Source of the DNA: Savitreella phatthalungensis
Lineage: Eukaryota
Length of the DNA: 64,000 bases
Assembly: GCA_051599415.1 (NCBI GenBank)
Contig: AP039690.1
Span: 558,001 to 622,000, forward strand
Direction: 5' to 3'
Positions within the stretch are counted from its first letter, which is position 1. Each line of letters opens with the position of its first letter. A program made the position numbers and the translations under genes. The notes under the pieces were generated by a model. That model worked only from the letters and a program-made list of their open reading frames with translations. It did no database searches and was not told the DNA's origin. Of the stretch, positions 1 to 10,430 are shown piece after piece.

Positions 1-167
1 ATATCTGGGAAAAGTGCCGTCATGTCGACACCCGCGGCCATCGATGCAATAAGTGTACGAAGCGCTAGTCGTCGTCGCCCCGCTGCTTTGTCTTTCTTCT
101 CATCGCCGGCAGACAAATCAGCCCGCAGTTCGAGCAACTTATCTTTGCTGAGATGCGCTTTAGACAT
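1..167 (-). CDS. APL1: AP complex beta adaptin, probably AP-2 beta (5' end only, runs off window)
   Basis: Hand translation from ATG 167: MSKAHLSKDKLLELRADLSAGDEKKDKAAGRRRLALRTLIASMAAGVDMTALFPD. Resembles the fungal beta-adaptin N-terminus (ELR.EL...KKDK.....ALK..IA.M....DM..LFPD). Not in the ORF track. Confidence 0.75.
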   Translation of the reverse strand, partial: MSKAHLSKDKLLELRADLSAGDEKKDKAAGRRRLALRTLIASMAAGVDMTALFPD

Positions 168-595
168 CTTGAACGAATAGGACGAATCGTCTCTGATCAA
201 CTGCGCTTGGGCATCCCTATGTCTGTCTCATTCGATCCTCTTTGACGGCCCCAGTCTTACGAGACCTCGTCATATCCCGGCGCTCAATTTGTAGAGGCAA
301 TCGAACATGCGCAGTGTGCAGCGTCACGCATCAAGTGGAGAACATGAGTTGGGAGCGCGTATAATTAATGTTTTAAATTTGTGATTGGCGCACAGGAACA
401 TGATTTCAAGAAACCGGCGCGCATGGCACAACACGAGACAAGAGACAAACGAGATCTGTACGGCGCCAACTATCCTTCCGAAAAGAGAAGAACCAGATCT
501 TGGGTATGAGCGAAATGTCTTTGGAGGTGCAATATGCTAATCGGTCACTGCCTTTCTGCAGTTTGGCACGAGCGTTAAAAAGTGAGTGAAGTCAT

Positions 596-1006
596 TTACA
601 GGCGGTTGCGTCGACCGACAGGTGTGGTGGCAACGACCGGAGCGACGACAGAGACGTTGATGTTGTCGAATCCGAGCGAGCGAAGAAGATCCTTCGTCTG
701 TGGGTCAACCTCGAGCGGGTTCACCGATGGGTCGAGAGCGGAGACTTCGGGGACGTACTGGTCCTTGCGTTCACGCTCCTCCTCCTGCAGCTTGAAGGAG
801 ATGCCCCGGACGGGACCACGCTGGATGCGCTTCATCAAGTGAGTCGTGTATCCGGCGATCTTGTTGCGCAGACGCTTTGAGGAGATGATGGCGATCTCAT
901 CGCAGATCTTCTTGTTGGTGTGGAAGTCGAGAGTCAGACGAGGGTAGAACTTCTCGATGATGACGCGAGATGCGCGCTTTGTTGTCTTCGTACGAACCTT
1001 ACCCAT
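596..1006 (-). CDS. RPS17: 40S ribosomal protein S17 (eS17)
   Basis: [33 protein letters not shown]...[30 protein letters not shown]; true start is ATG 1006. Confidence 0.97.
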   Translation of the reverse strand: MGKVRTKTTKRASRVIIEKFYPRLTLDFHTNKKICDEIAIISSKRLRNKIAGYTTHLMKRIQRGPVRGISFKLQEEERERKDQYVPEVSALDPSVNPLEVDPQTKDLLRSLGFDNINVSVVAPVVATTPVGRRNRL

Positions 1007-1344
1007 AGCTGATGACGAGTTTGTTGCTTCCACGGGTTTTCGACAAGCACTTTGTATCCGCTTCGTCCCATGTCAAACGACAAGCTCCTGGAAGCATCGT
1101 CACTGGTCGTAGGTAAGAGACACAGACGCACTATCTCTCTCTCCGTGTTTCCACAAAAATCAATCAGTTCCCAGGCGTAATGTATCTACATATTTTCAAA
1201 GGTTGTTTGAATGCACGAAAAGTGGAGATACTCGTCGCTACGAAAAATTAAACCAGAGCGCGCTGATGCACGGGAGCGGTACGGCCTTTATGTTACCAGC
1301 AGCCGCTGGTAAACGACATACATTTTAGCCAACGATAGCCTTCG

Positions 1345-2758
1345 TCATCCGTTAAGATGGAAGTGATTGGCAATGTACTCGTAAATCTTGGATGTCTTGA
1401 TTGGATCGATTTGCAGCAGCTGTTTTGCCTTGTTTTTCGTGAGCGCTCCGCTCGTACGCCATAGCTCTCGTACTATAGTCTCCTTAACCACGAGATATGC
1501 CTTCGGTAACAACCGGAGATTTGAGCAAAGAGATTGTTCTTCTCTGGACAGAAGCTGAACGTCGACGCTATTCGTGATGGTGCCCGGCACGGGCTTTCGC
1601 AGATCTCCGCCACGACTCGCAGGCACGCTGCTGCCGCTGCTGCTGCTGCCCGAGAGACCAACGGCAGCACTGGTAACGGCGGCAGTTGTGGATCTGCTGC
1701 CTGCGAGTACGGGCGTATTGGTACCGGTTGATCGCGCGAAGAGTCGATGTTGTTTATCCTTTTCGTATTTCTGGCCAGATTCGAGGTGGGTCAGTCCCAT
1801 ACGTCGCCACTCTTGTAATTCGGCGATTCGCCGTCTTGTGTGAAATTCGTCGATCAGCCCTTCACTAAAGAGCTCATACTCTGTGCGCCCTTGCAGGCGT
1901 GCAAAAGGCTTAGAGCGTGCTAGCAACTCGCGTACCTCTTTTGCACGTTTCTTGTCAATGACTTGATTTCGCTTGTAGTCCAGCAGTTGGTGTTCAAATA
2001 TGACGCTCTTGCGGTCCGCCCTGCGTGTCAATCGACTATTGTATATATCCAGTAGAGTCAGCTTCATGTTGACCTCGTCCTGGTTGCCTTCGGCGAGATC
2101 CTGATCGAATTCCATGTCTTTGACGGAAACTTCAGCATCGTTCTCATATTCGTAAGAGAATTCGTTGCGCCCGGGCATAAAACCGGCGACCTCATGGCAC
2201 TCCGGTGTGGATGTGATGGGTTTCTGCTTGATAGACGGAGGTAGTTTCTGTAACGCAGCTCGATCAGCAATCCGACGACGTTTCCGAGCCTGGAACTCTT
2301 GCGGATCATATGGAAGTTCGACTTCGAGAGCAGGCAGGGGATAGCATGAGCTGCGTAAATAGACTTCGGTGTAGTGTGCTGCGCATTCTTCCTTCGTGCG
2401 TCGATTGCCGATGTGATCCGCTACATCAGCCCAATTACCCAGACCATATCTCTCACTAGCATTGATGAGCTGTAGTTCTTCATCACCGCTCCAGTCCGGT
2501 ACAAAGAGCGGACGTTCGATGGGAGCTATGATTCGGTACGGGTGCCACGGCTTGTGTGCAGATTCGGGGGGGACGCTACCAGAGGCGAAGCATGTCACAC
2601 ACGTGTCCCAGTCGGGACAGTCATCATGAGCACAACTGAAGCGCACTGTTTTGCTGCTCAGACCTGTGCCACAGACATCGCATGATGCATCTTCGTACTT
2701 GTGCGTTGTTAGTCGATCTGGCGCAGAATCTGGCAGCTGGACTTACGATAGTTGTCAT
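1345..2758 (-). CDS. ADA2: SAGA transcriptional adaptor Ada2 (ZZ, SANT, SWIRM); intron 2698-2746
   Basis: SANT (WSGDEELQLINASERYGLGNWADVADHIG), GFMPGRNEF and a C-terminal SWIRM domain. Removing a 49-nt GTAAGT..GACTAAC..AAG intron gives in-frame MTTI|YEDASCDVCG, completing the ZZ finger. Confidence 0.92.
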
Positions 2759-4233
2759 GTGTTCATCGACCTTTCCGGTCTAGAACGGACCAAAGGATAA
2801 TCCACCGTCTAGGCCACGACGAGCACTTTGGCACACTGAATCACGGCGCTCGTAGCTTCGAGATGATCGCGCGTGTAGCGGGATCTGCTCTTCGTGTGTG
2901 CACTGTCTCGAGTCGAAGATGCACGATGATGCGAATTTTCTGGATCGATCATCGAATCCTTCGGATAATCGTGACCCCACGAATATATTGTCCTGATAAG
3001 GTCAGGCACGTGATCATAGCCATAATCATGATGGAAACGCACAAGCCTCACAGGCGAGTGCTTGAGGAAAAGCATTCAGCTCATCGTCCGTGGATGGCCG
3101 TGTGTAAGGAGCTCTGGTCAGACAACGCCTTTTACACCCAAGAATCGGCACACATGATGGTCAGTCCTCCCTAGCCGCGAGTGGAAAGCCACTCGAGGAA
3201 AAGTCATTGCATCCTTATCAGGTCAATTACACCGCCAATCCCTACTGGTGTGGACGAGCGACTCATATTGCATCGCACCATGTCTAAGAAATTGACTCAA
3301 ACGTCGATACACGAGATTGGCCCCTCACGACGCTGGTCAGACTACAACTATCTAGTTGACTTGCTTCGAATGATGACTTGTGTCCATTCGTCACTCGCCT
3401 TGTCTTGAGGTCGAGGTCAAACTTTGACATGTCCTTACTACGCTTCACTCACTGCCAAGCTGGACACAGAGGCCAGACCGTCATGTGTCCGATTCAGGAG
3501 GAGACTTTTAGACCCGACTGGCAGCAGTGCGGCAGATTGAAGTTTGTTACAAACGGCAGCATACCCTCCCTGACCACCGTCATGACGCAAGGCTCATTAT
3601 TGTGTGCCGATGCACAGGATAGACATGCAATAATGAAAGACATATAAATTACTTGGAATTTCAATTTCTATATTTCGATCACAATCACTTCCGTTAGCAT
3701 GTGACAACCAGCGTACGTTCTTGATCGGCTGGCTGATTCAGTCCTTGGTTTGAGCTCTCGATCAAGTACAGTGACTTGTGTAATCAAAAACATGCAGCAC
3801 TAAAGGTTTGACCCTCGAATTGGAGGGCGATTGAAAAAGATGTCTTGCGTACGTTGCTCGTGACGCCTAGTAGCTTCATGCCGAGTTTCTCAGACTTTTG
3901 AATTTTCAAGCGATCAATGATTGATTAGGTGCTCAAGTATCCTTTCTGCCCGGCCGCGAGCGCGATTGATCCCTTTCCATTTCTCCGCAATTCGGCCTCC
4001 ACAATCAGAGCCCTGTTTGACGACCAGATCTGAGGACGGGCGGATCCGCGGCACATCCTGTACCATTCTCGCTCCTCCACTTGGGCATCCAGGCTCTGAC
4101 CCTCGACAAGCACATTGACAGTGTCTGTCTCAGTGTGTCGACACTTCCCAGGACGCCTCGATATTGTCACAAGGTAAATCGACAAAGAGGACAGGACGTT
4201 TACTCGAGTGTTCTACGAATCTCCATCACAAAA

Positions 4234-6939
4234 ATGAGCGAGATTCGCTACGATGGCAAGACTGTTGTCGTCACCGGCGCTGGCGGTGGCCTCGGCAAGG
4301 CATACTCTCTCTTCTTCGGCGCTCGTGGCGCCAATGTAGTCGTCAACGATCTCGGAGGCTCTTCTCAAGGCTCCGGCTCCTCTGCTAAGGCAGCTGATCT
4401 CGTCGTTGACGAAATCGTCAAGGCTGGCGGGAAGGCCGTGGCAGACTACAACTCCGTCGAGCATGGTGATCGCATCATTGAGACTGCGGTCAAGGCCTTT
4501 GGCTCAGTCCATATCTTGATCAACAATGCTGGTATCCTTCGCGACGTCTCTTTCAAAAATATGAAGGATCAAGATTGGGATCTCATCTACACAGTTCATA
4601 CCTACGGCGCGTACAAGTGCGCCAAGGCAGCGTGGCCATATTTCCGCAAGCAGAACTTCGGTCGCATAATCAACACTGCCTCCGCGGCTGGCCTGTACGG
4701 TAACTTTGGACAGACCAACTACTCCGCGCAAAAGCTGGGTATGGTCTCCTTCAGTGGCGTTCTGGCCAAAGAAGGACAGAAATACAACATTCTCGCAAAC
4801 ACCATTGCGCCAATTGCTGCTTCTCGTATGACAGCCACCGTTATGGGCGAGGATCAACTCAAGCTCGTCACTCCGGACTTCGTCGTTCCGGCCGTTGGCT
4901 TCCTTGTGTCTGACCAAACTGAAAATACGGGTGGTGTCTATGAGCTGGGCGGTGGTGTCATCTCAAAGCTTCGATGGCAACGCGCTGCCGGCGCATTGCT
5001 CAAGACAGACAAGAGCCTGACAGCTTCAGCCATCTTGGCCAAATGGGACGACGTTAACAATTTCGAAGGGGCCGACTATCCTGAGGCAGTGACTGACATG
5101 GACTACATGTCAAAGCTGGAAGAGGCAAAGGAGCTGCCTCCCAACAAGCAAGGTCCGGAGGTTTCCTTCAAGGATAAGGTCGTCCTCGTTACTGGTGCTG
5201 GCGGCGGTCTGGGTCGGGCGTACGCTTTGCAATTTGCCAAGCTCGGCGCAAAGATTGTCGTCAATGACCTGGCTAACCCGGACAAGACAGTCGAAGAGAT
5301 CAAGGCGCTAGGCGGAGAAGCTGTCGGCGATAAACATTCCGTCGAGGATGGTGATGCTGTAGTGAAGACCGCCATCGACGCATTCGGTGCTATTCACGTT
5401 GTTATCAATAACGCCGGCATCCTTCGCGACAAGTCTTTTGCTGCTATGACCGATGAGCAGTGGCAAATCATACACAGCGTCCACGTACGCGGCACCTACA
5501 AGGTCACGAAGGCCGCCTGGCCGTACTTCGTCAAGCAGAAGTACGGACGCGTTGTGAACACATCATCTGCGGCCGGTCTCTATTCCAACTTTGGACAGGC
5601 CAATTATGCGACGGCTAAGCTCGCGATTCTCGGATTTTCACAAGCACTTGCTCGTGAAGGCGAGCGCAACAACATCTTGACTAATTGTATCGCTCCCAAC
5701 GCAGGCACTAATATGACACGCACAATTATGCCCGAGGAAATGGTCCAAGCCTGGTCGCCTGATTTCGTCGCTCCGCTCGTAGCCCTTCTGGCTAGCGAGC
5801 AGGCACCCAGCAATGGCCATGTATTTGAGACCGGCTGCGGCTGGATCGGACGCGTCCGCTGGCAAAGGACTCCCTGGCACGCCTATCCGGTGAATCGAAA
5901 GCTGCAGCCAGAGCACATTGCCCGCGACTGGGATAAAATCATCAATTTCGACTCCGACGATGTCAGCTACCCGGAAACCTCACAGGAATCAGTCATGGGT
6001 ATTCTCTCCAACGCTGACAACAAAGTTGAGGGTGACGAAGAGGCCTCGTCTGATGCAAGCAGCGGCGATACAGCAGTCGACAAGGTGCTGAAGGAAAAGT
6101 TTGAAGAGTTCAAATTCGACTATTCGGAGCGTGATGTCATCCTCTACAACCTAGGCATTGGTGCGAAGCACACCGAATTGCGCTATGTTTTTGAGAGCGA
6201 CAACGATTTCGAAGCCATCCCCACCTTTGGTGTCATCCCGCAATTCGAATCTCAGATGGCAATTCCATATGATGAATTCTTGCCTAACTTCAGTCCAATG
6301 CTTTTGCTGCACGGCGAGCAATACCTGGAAATCAAGAAGAATCCAATTCCGACTGCCGGAACCCTCACTGCGCAAGCGCGCGTCATCGAGGTCCTCGATA
6401 AAGGCAAGGCTGCCTCTGTCATTATCGAGACTGAGACTAAGGACGAATCGGGCGAAGTTCTCTTCCTCAACCAATCAACTATTTTCATTCGTGGTTCCGG
6501 AGGCTTTGGAGGACAGTCTAAAGGCAAAGACCGTGGCGCTGCTACTGCAGCTAACAAGGTGCCTTCGCGCAAGCCTGACGCTGTGGTTGATGAAAAAACC
6601 TCCGAGGATCAGGCCGCGCTGTACCGTCTCAGTGGCGACTATAACCCACTTCACATTGATCCTGCCTTCGCCAAGGTAGGTAAGTTCCCGCGGCCAATTC
6701 TACACGGCCTGTGTTTCTTCGGCTATTCTGGAAAGCACATCTACAACACTTATGGTGCCTTCAAGAACATCAAGGTCCGTTTCAGCGGAAGTGTCTATCC
6801 GGGTGAGACGCTTCGCACTGAGATGTGGAAGGAAGATGGTGGTCGCATCGTCTTTCAGACAAAGGTAGTTGAGCGCGACGCAGTCGTCATCAGTGCTGCT
6901 GCAGCTGAGCTCGAAGCCGGCTCAACTCCTAAGCTTTAA
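4234..6939 (+). CDS. FOX2: Peroxisomal multifunctional beta-oxidation enzyme (2x SDR dehydrogenase + hydratase 2)
   Basis: Two TGAGGGLG/NNAGILRD SDR domains, MaoC-type hydratase motif YRLSGDYNPLHIDP, C-terminal PKL (PTS1-like). ATG at 4234. Confidence 0.97.
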   Translation: MSEIRYDGKTVVVTGAGGGLGKAYSLFFGARGANVVVNDLGGSSQGSGSSAKAADLVVDEIVKAGGKAVADYNSVEHGDRIIETAVKAFGSVHILINNAGILRDVSFKNMKDQDWDLIYTVHTYGAYKCAKAAWPYFRKQNFGRIINTASAAGLYGNFGQTNYSAQKLGMVSFSGVLAKEGQKYNILANTIAPIAASRMTATVMGEDQLKLVTPDFVVPAVGFLVSDQTENTGGVYELGGGVISKLRWQRAAGALLKTDKSLTASAILAKWDDVNNFEGADYPEAVTDMDYMSKLEEAKELPPNKQGPEVSFKDKVVLVTGAGGGLGRAYALQFAKLGAKIVVNDLANPDKTVEEIKALGGEAVGDKHSVEDGDAVVKTAIDAFGAIHVVINNAGILRDKSFAAMTDEQWQIIHSVHVRGTYKVTKAAWPYFVKQKYGRVVNTSSAAGLYSNFGQANYATAKLAILGFSQALAREGERNNILTNCIAPNAGTNMTRTIMPEEMVQAWSPDFVAPLVALLASEQAPSNGHVFETGCGWIGRVRWQRTPWHAYPVNRKLQPEHIARDWDKIINFDSDDVSYPETSQESVMGILSNADNKVEGDEEASSDASSGDTAVDKVLKEKFEEFKFDYSERDVILYNLGIGAKHTELRYVFESDNDFEAIPTFGVIPQFESQMAIPYDEFLPNFSPMLLLHGEQYLEIKKNPIPTAGTLTAQARVIEVLDKGKAASVIIETETKDESGEVLFLNQSTIFIRGSGGFGGQSKGKDRGAATAANKVPSRKPDAVVDEKTSEDQAALYRLSGDYNPLHIDPAFAKVGKFPRPILHGLCFFGYSGKHIYNTYGAFKNIKVRFSGSVYPGETLRTEMWKEDGGRIVFQTKVVERDAVVISAAAAELEAGSTPKL

Positions 6940-7014
6940 AGTCTCATAAGCAGTCCAGTCGTAGTGCGCCAAAGTTGAGGGGCGTCTAATCATACCGGTC
7001 GTTTCCTTGCTCGG

Positions 7015-7449
7015 TCATACGTTGTCAGCGAACCGAAGCTTGAATGTACGATCTTGATTCTTCGCCGCGTATAAGAAAGTCACAATTGCGTCCGCCTCCC
7101 GAATCGACTGCGCTGGCCAATGTCGTCGGGTCGCGTTCTTCAAGTGCTCCGAACTTTCAGCGCGACCATATCGCCGAGGCAAGCCGGTGTTGCGTGCGTC
7201 CATCGGCAAAATAAGGTTGTTCACTTTGCTGTAGCGATTCAGACTACGTTTCTCAAGTGAACCAATGTCGAACTGATTGTCAGTACGATAAGTACAGCCG
7301 CTGAATTGCCGACTTACCAATTCTCCGGCACCTGGTGATGCAGGCTCATCGAGCTCGCGGCTTGACGCGCTTGTACGTTTATTACGTTGATCGCGTGTCG
7401 TGTCCGGGCCGTCATCCTTACCAACTGGTAAGCTACGCTTCGGTGGCAT
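7015..7449 (-). CDS. SAP30-like Sin3-binding protein (Rpd3/Clr6 HDAC complex)
   Basis: C-terminal L..SL.RY / L..A.RRHW....IRE.D.IV.FLY....QD..F.L.F matches the fungal SAP30 Sin3-binding domain pattern. Confidence 0.75.
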   Translation of the reverse strand: MPPKRSLPVGKDDGPDTTRDQRNKRTSASSRELDEPASPGAGELVSRQFSGCTYRTDNQFDIGSLEKRSLNRYSKVNNLILPMDARNTGLPRRYGRAESSEHLKNATRRHWPAQSIREADAIVTFLYAAKNQDRTFKLRFADNV

Positions 7450-7682
7450 TGGATCAGGGTCTCACTTTCGTAGTGTTGGTTTTAAGTGCGCAAGCAGTCT
7501 TGCTAGTCGTGAGCACGTTCTGCGATCAGAGGCGTGGTTTGACGAATAGATGGATGCACATACCGGATCACGATGCCAAGTCAGCCTATTATCGACCCGA
7601 GATCGAAAAATTCCATCACAACGCGCACAAAATCTTTGGAACACACTAGCCCTCTTATCGGCTGACTAGGAGATCCCAGTCC

Positions 7683-8450
7683 ATGGTCTCGACTGATGGC
7701 TCGACCACCCATGAGCTTGTGCGCGATTTGCAAAATGGCCGTCTCTATGCCTGTACGTCTTTGAAGGAAGATGCTACGATTTTGGATGTCGGCACTGGCG
7801 ATGGACAGTGGGCCATAGATGTTGCAAAGGCAATGCCGCGAGCTAGAGTCTGCGGCATCGACGTACGTCAAGTCACAGCGGCGCCTAGCTCTCCTTCGAA
7901 TGTTATTTTCGAAACGGTGAATGTTATGGAGGGCTTTCCGTTCAACACTGGCACTTTCGACCTCGTTCACAGCAGGTTGCTGTGCGGCGGTATCACAGAC
8001 TGGCGACAATACTTGAGCAACCTTTGGCGCATCACTCGCAAAGGAGGCAGTGTGGAGTGTATTGAGGTTGAGTTGGCTCTGCTTGGGCAGAGCGCGGGAC
8101 GGACACTCAGTGATTGTGTAGCCCGATGGAACGCACTCGTGCCGGACTATTTGAACAATCTTGGCCTGGACAGTCATTGTGCTCAATCCCTTGACTCTCG
8201 TTTACGAGAGCTCCCGTTTGAAGAAGTCAAGCACGAAGCAATAGAGGTTCAACTTTCCACCGACTCGCTTGCGTTGACTTTTCTCAAGGACGTCATTGAC
8301 TGGCTCGAGTCTGACACGCCAGTGGAAGGATGTCGAGACAGTCTCGAGATCAGAAACGTACGGCAAGCTGCGCACGATCTGCGCGCCTGCCTAGGAAGTG
8401 CCGCTGACGTGCTATCGATGAAATGGCATTTCTGCAGTGCTACAAAGTAG
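7683..8450 (+). CDS. Class I SAM-dependent methyltransferase (LaeA-like/Methyltransf_23 type)
   Basis: ILDVGTGDGQWAIDVA..P...V.GID and FDLVHSRLL motifs; an extra 5' exon is possible. Confidence 0.85.
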   Translation: MVSTDGSTTHELVRDLQNGRLYACTSLKEDATILDVGTGDGQWAIDVAKAMPRARVCGIDVRQVTAAPSSPSNVIFETVNVMEGFPFNTGTFDLVHSRLLCGGITDWRQYLSNLWRITRKGGSVECIEVELALLGQSAGRTLSDCVARWNALVPDYLNNLGLDSHCAQSLDSRLRELPFEEVKHEAIEVQLSTDSLALTFLKDVIDWLESDTPVEGCRDSLEIRNVRQAAHDLRACLGSAADVLSMKWHFCSATK

Positions 8451-8479
8451 GCTGATGGTGTAGGGCGAGAGGACAATTG

Positions 8480-9373
8480 CTACAAACCACTTAAGAGCTG
8501 GGACCAAAGATCTGTCTGGTCAGGTCTTGTGACTTCGGATTTTGCTGCATTCAGTGGAGGTGAGCTTCTACCGGCGGCGTCCGACTGGCCTGGACCGATC
8601 AGTCGTGGCACAGCCGGTGGCTTCAGTCTCGACTGAGCGAGAACGCCGCGGATCGGATCGAAGTGAGCTTGGATTGCGTGTATCCGGATTGTGCCCAAAC
8701 GTCCACTCGTTGCAGCGTCTTGTGAAATCTGATCGACCGCCAATGCATCAATGACAATACCCCCGAGACCGAGCATCCGCCCCCCTCGGCGATTGTGCAG
8801 GATTCTACCGGGGATGATCTTGTCGCGTGGGCCTGATGCATGGTTTACGAGGCTCATCGCGCCTTTTGGATGGTATGATAGGCCGCCTGTAAGATTGAGA
8901 AGACCTTGCGAACCAAGATAGAGATCGGTTTGGGCAGATTTGAGATGCCCTCGATCTGCGCTATCCGAGACCTCCGCTCTGCGTCGTGCATTAGCGTTCC
9001 TTAATCTTCTACGAGTCATCTGCTGAGTCTGATTCGAGCGCGTGTCCACCGGCGTCTCAAACAAAGTGCCCTCCTTGACGCTGATCGGTTGGCCGATCTC
9101 GTCCCACTTTGCGGCTGTCTTTGCAAATCGTGCTGCGGACGCAAAAGCTGTCTGATGTTCCTGCGTGTCCACGTTCTGAATCTCCAATGCATTCATCCTC
9201 AGTCTGGGCATGGAGCGCTTCGTGCCCCAGTCACCGAGTAGTTTGTCAGACTTATATGTCGTCAGGGCCTGTTGCGAAGGGCGGACCCGTGTCGCCAATG
9301 AGTCTGCGGGTATCTCAGCAAGGGAAGCGAATCGGCTACTCCGAAGGAGCCGATCGAACTGGCGAGGCGACAT
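8480..9373 (-). CDS. MRP51: Mitochondrial small ribosomal subunit protein Mrp51 (bS1m)
   Basis: F..LLR.SRFA, P..Q.L.T, GDWG.KR.MP, I..VDT.EH.T.F.SA and GGLSY motifs of fungal Mrp51. Confidence 0.8.
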   Translation of the reverse strand: MSPRQFDRLLRSSRFASLAEIPADSLATRVRPSQQALTTYKSDKLLGDWGTKRSMPRLRMNALEIQNVDTQEHQTAFASAARFAKTAAKWDEIGQPISVKEGTLFETPVDTRSNQTQQMTRRRLRNANARRRAEVSDSADRGHLKSAQTDLYLGSQGLLNLTGGLSYHPKGAMSLVNHASGPRDKIIPGRILHNRRGGRMLGLGGIVIDALAVDQISQDAATSGRLGTIRIHAIQAHFDPIRGVLAQSRLKPPAVPRLIGPGQSDAAGRSSPPLNAAKSEVTRPDQTDLWSQLLSGL

Positions 9374-9530
9374 GGTGGTCGCTCAGTCGCCCTCTGATGG
9401 CAGCTTCTTTTTTTTTTCAAGGTATTGTATGACCGCCGGACAGTCTTTTATTCACTCTGGCTAGCATATGCATACATAACCACCTTCGTACGCGCGTGAT
9501 TCTTGGAATACTACAAGATTTCGACAGTTG

Positions 9531-10241
9531 TCACTGAATATAAGAAGTGGACGATGCAAGCAAGGACGCTGCCTCCTTGAGGATGTGGCATGCACAGACG
9601 ATACCATCAAGTCCGTCCCTTCGAAAGAATCCGCATCGTTGGCCTTGACAGCGAAAGAGAAGGACAACAAGATCCGCTTCCAAAGCATCCGTCAAATGCA
9701 CAGACCAGAGATAGCTCTCGCCCCCGATGAGTCTCGTGGTCAGTCGTTCAGTCAATATGATGGCCGGTCGCGCAGTCGCGATGAGCTCGCGTAAGGCTCG
9801 GTTGATCGCAGTGAAGGCATTTGCTTGTCTTTGCCGTTGCCCCTTGACAGTGCCGGCTGAAATTGTGTCCATCAATTGGTCAAAGTCATCAATGACGATC
9901 AGATCTGTCGGTTCCGTCCGTAGCTTGCGAAGCAAGATGAGTAGCTGGATAGGATCGGTGACGCCCGTCTGTCTTAACTTTGAGTGACTATAGTCGTGTT
10001 GCGGTGCATTCGCAGCCACCAACAGGCCCGAACATGCAAGCCAGCAGACCTTGCGATCTCGACACAAAGCATCCGTCGCATACTGCTTCGCGATTCTCGA
10101 ACGACCACTCCCAGGCAAGCCGGTAATGCGAAGAATGTGACCTGGAGACAGCGCCGATGAAGGCAGCCCTTCCACGGCATCTAAGTCACTGCAGTATTTG
10201 ACACGCAGGGATTCATTCAGAATCTGCGAAAGGCTGAGCAT
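9531..10241 (-). CDS. RecA/Rad51-paralog family protein (Rad55-like), divergent
   Basis: LDAVEGL...L.PG.ILRITGLPGSGRS (Walker A-like) and DLIVIDDF (Walker B). ATG 10241 preferred over GTG 10331. Confidence 0.7.
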   Translation of the reverse strand: MLSLSQILNESLRVKYCSDLDAVEGLPSSALSPGHILRITGLPGSGRSRIAKQYATDALCRDRKVCWLACSGLLVAANAPQHDYSHSKLRQTGVTDPIQLLILLRKLRTEPTDLIVIDDFDQLMDTISAGTVKGQRQRQANAFTAINRALRELIATARPAIILTERLTTRLIGGESYLWSVHLTDALEADLVVLLFRCQGQRCGFFRRDGLDGIVCACHILKEAASLLASSTSYIQ

Positions 10242-10329
10242 ATCATTACCCGTTGGATTGCATCCTGAAATCCCGAGGAGACCAAGATTTGGTCGAAAAA
10301 TTGTGGTGCGTGTCAAAGGGTGCTGCCGC

Positions 10330-10335
10330 ACGCGT
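10330..10335. promoter_or_regulatory. Possible MCB element (ACGCGT) ~90 bp upstream of the Rad51-paralog gene
   Basis: Exact ACGCGT in a short intergenic region before a DNA-repair gene; a CRE-like TTACGTCA lies at 10365-10372. A 6-mer can occur by chance. Confidence 0.3.
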
Positions 10336-10430
10336 CTTCATTCGTGCGCTTAATTCCATGTGAATTACGTCAAAAAGCCAGGATGTAAGCGCTTGGAGTC
10401 ACAGCGTAATAGTTTACAATATATCAGAGG

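Noticed and set aside
4081..4233. N-terminal extensions from TTG/GTG starts in the ORF track (FOX2, RPT5, SEC61, SEC8, APM4, RPS17)
   Set aside because: This is a eukaryotic locus, and homology begins at the downstream ATG in each case.
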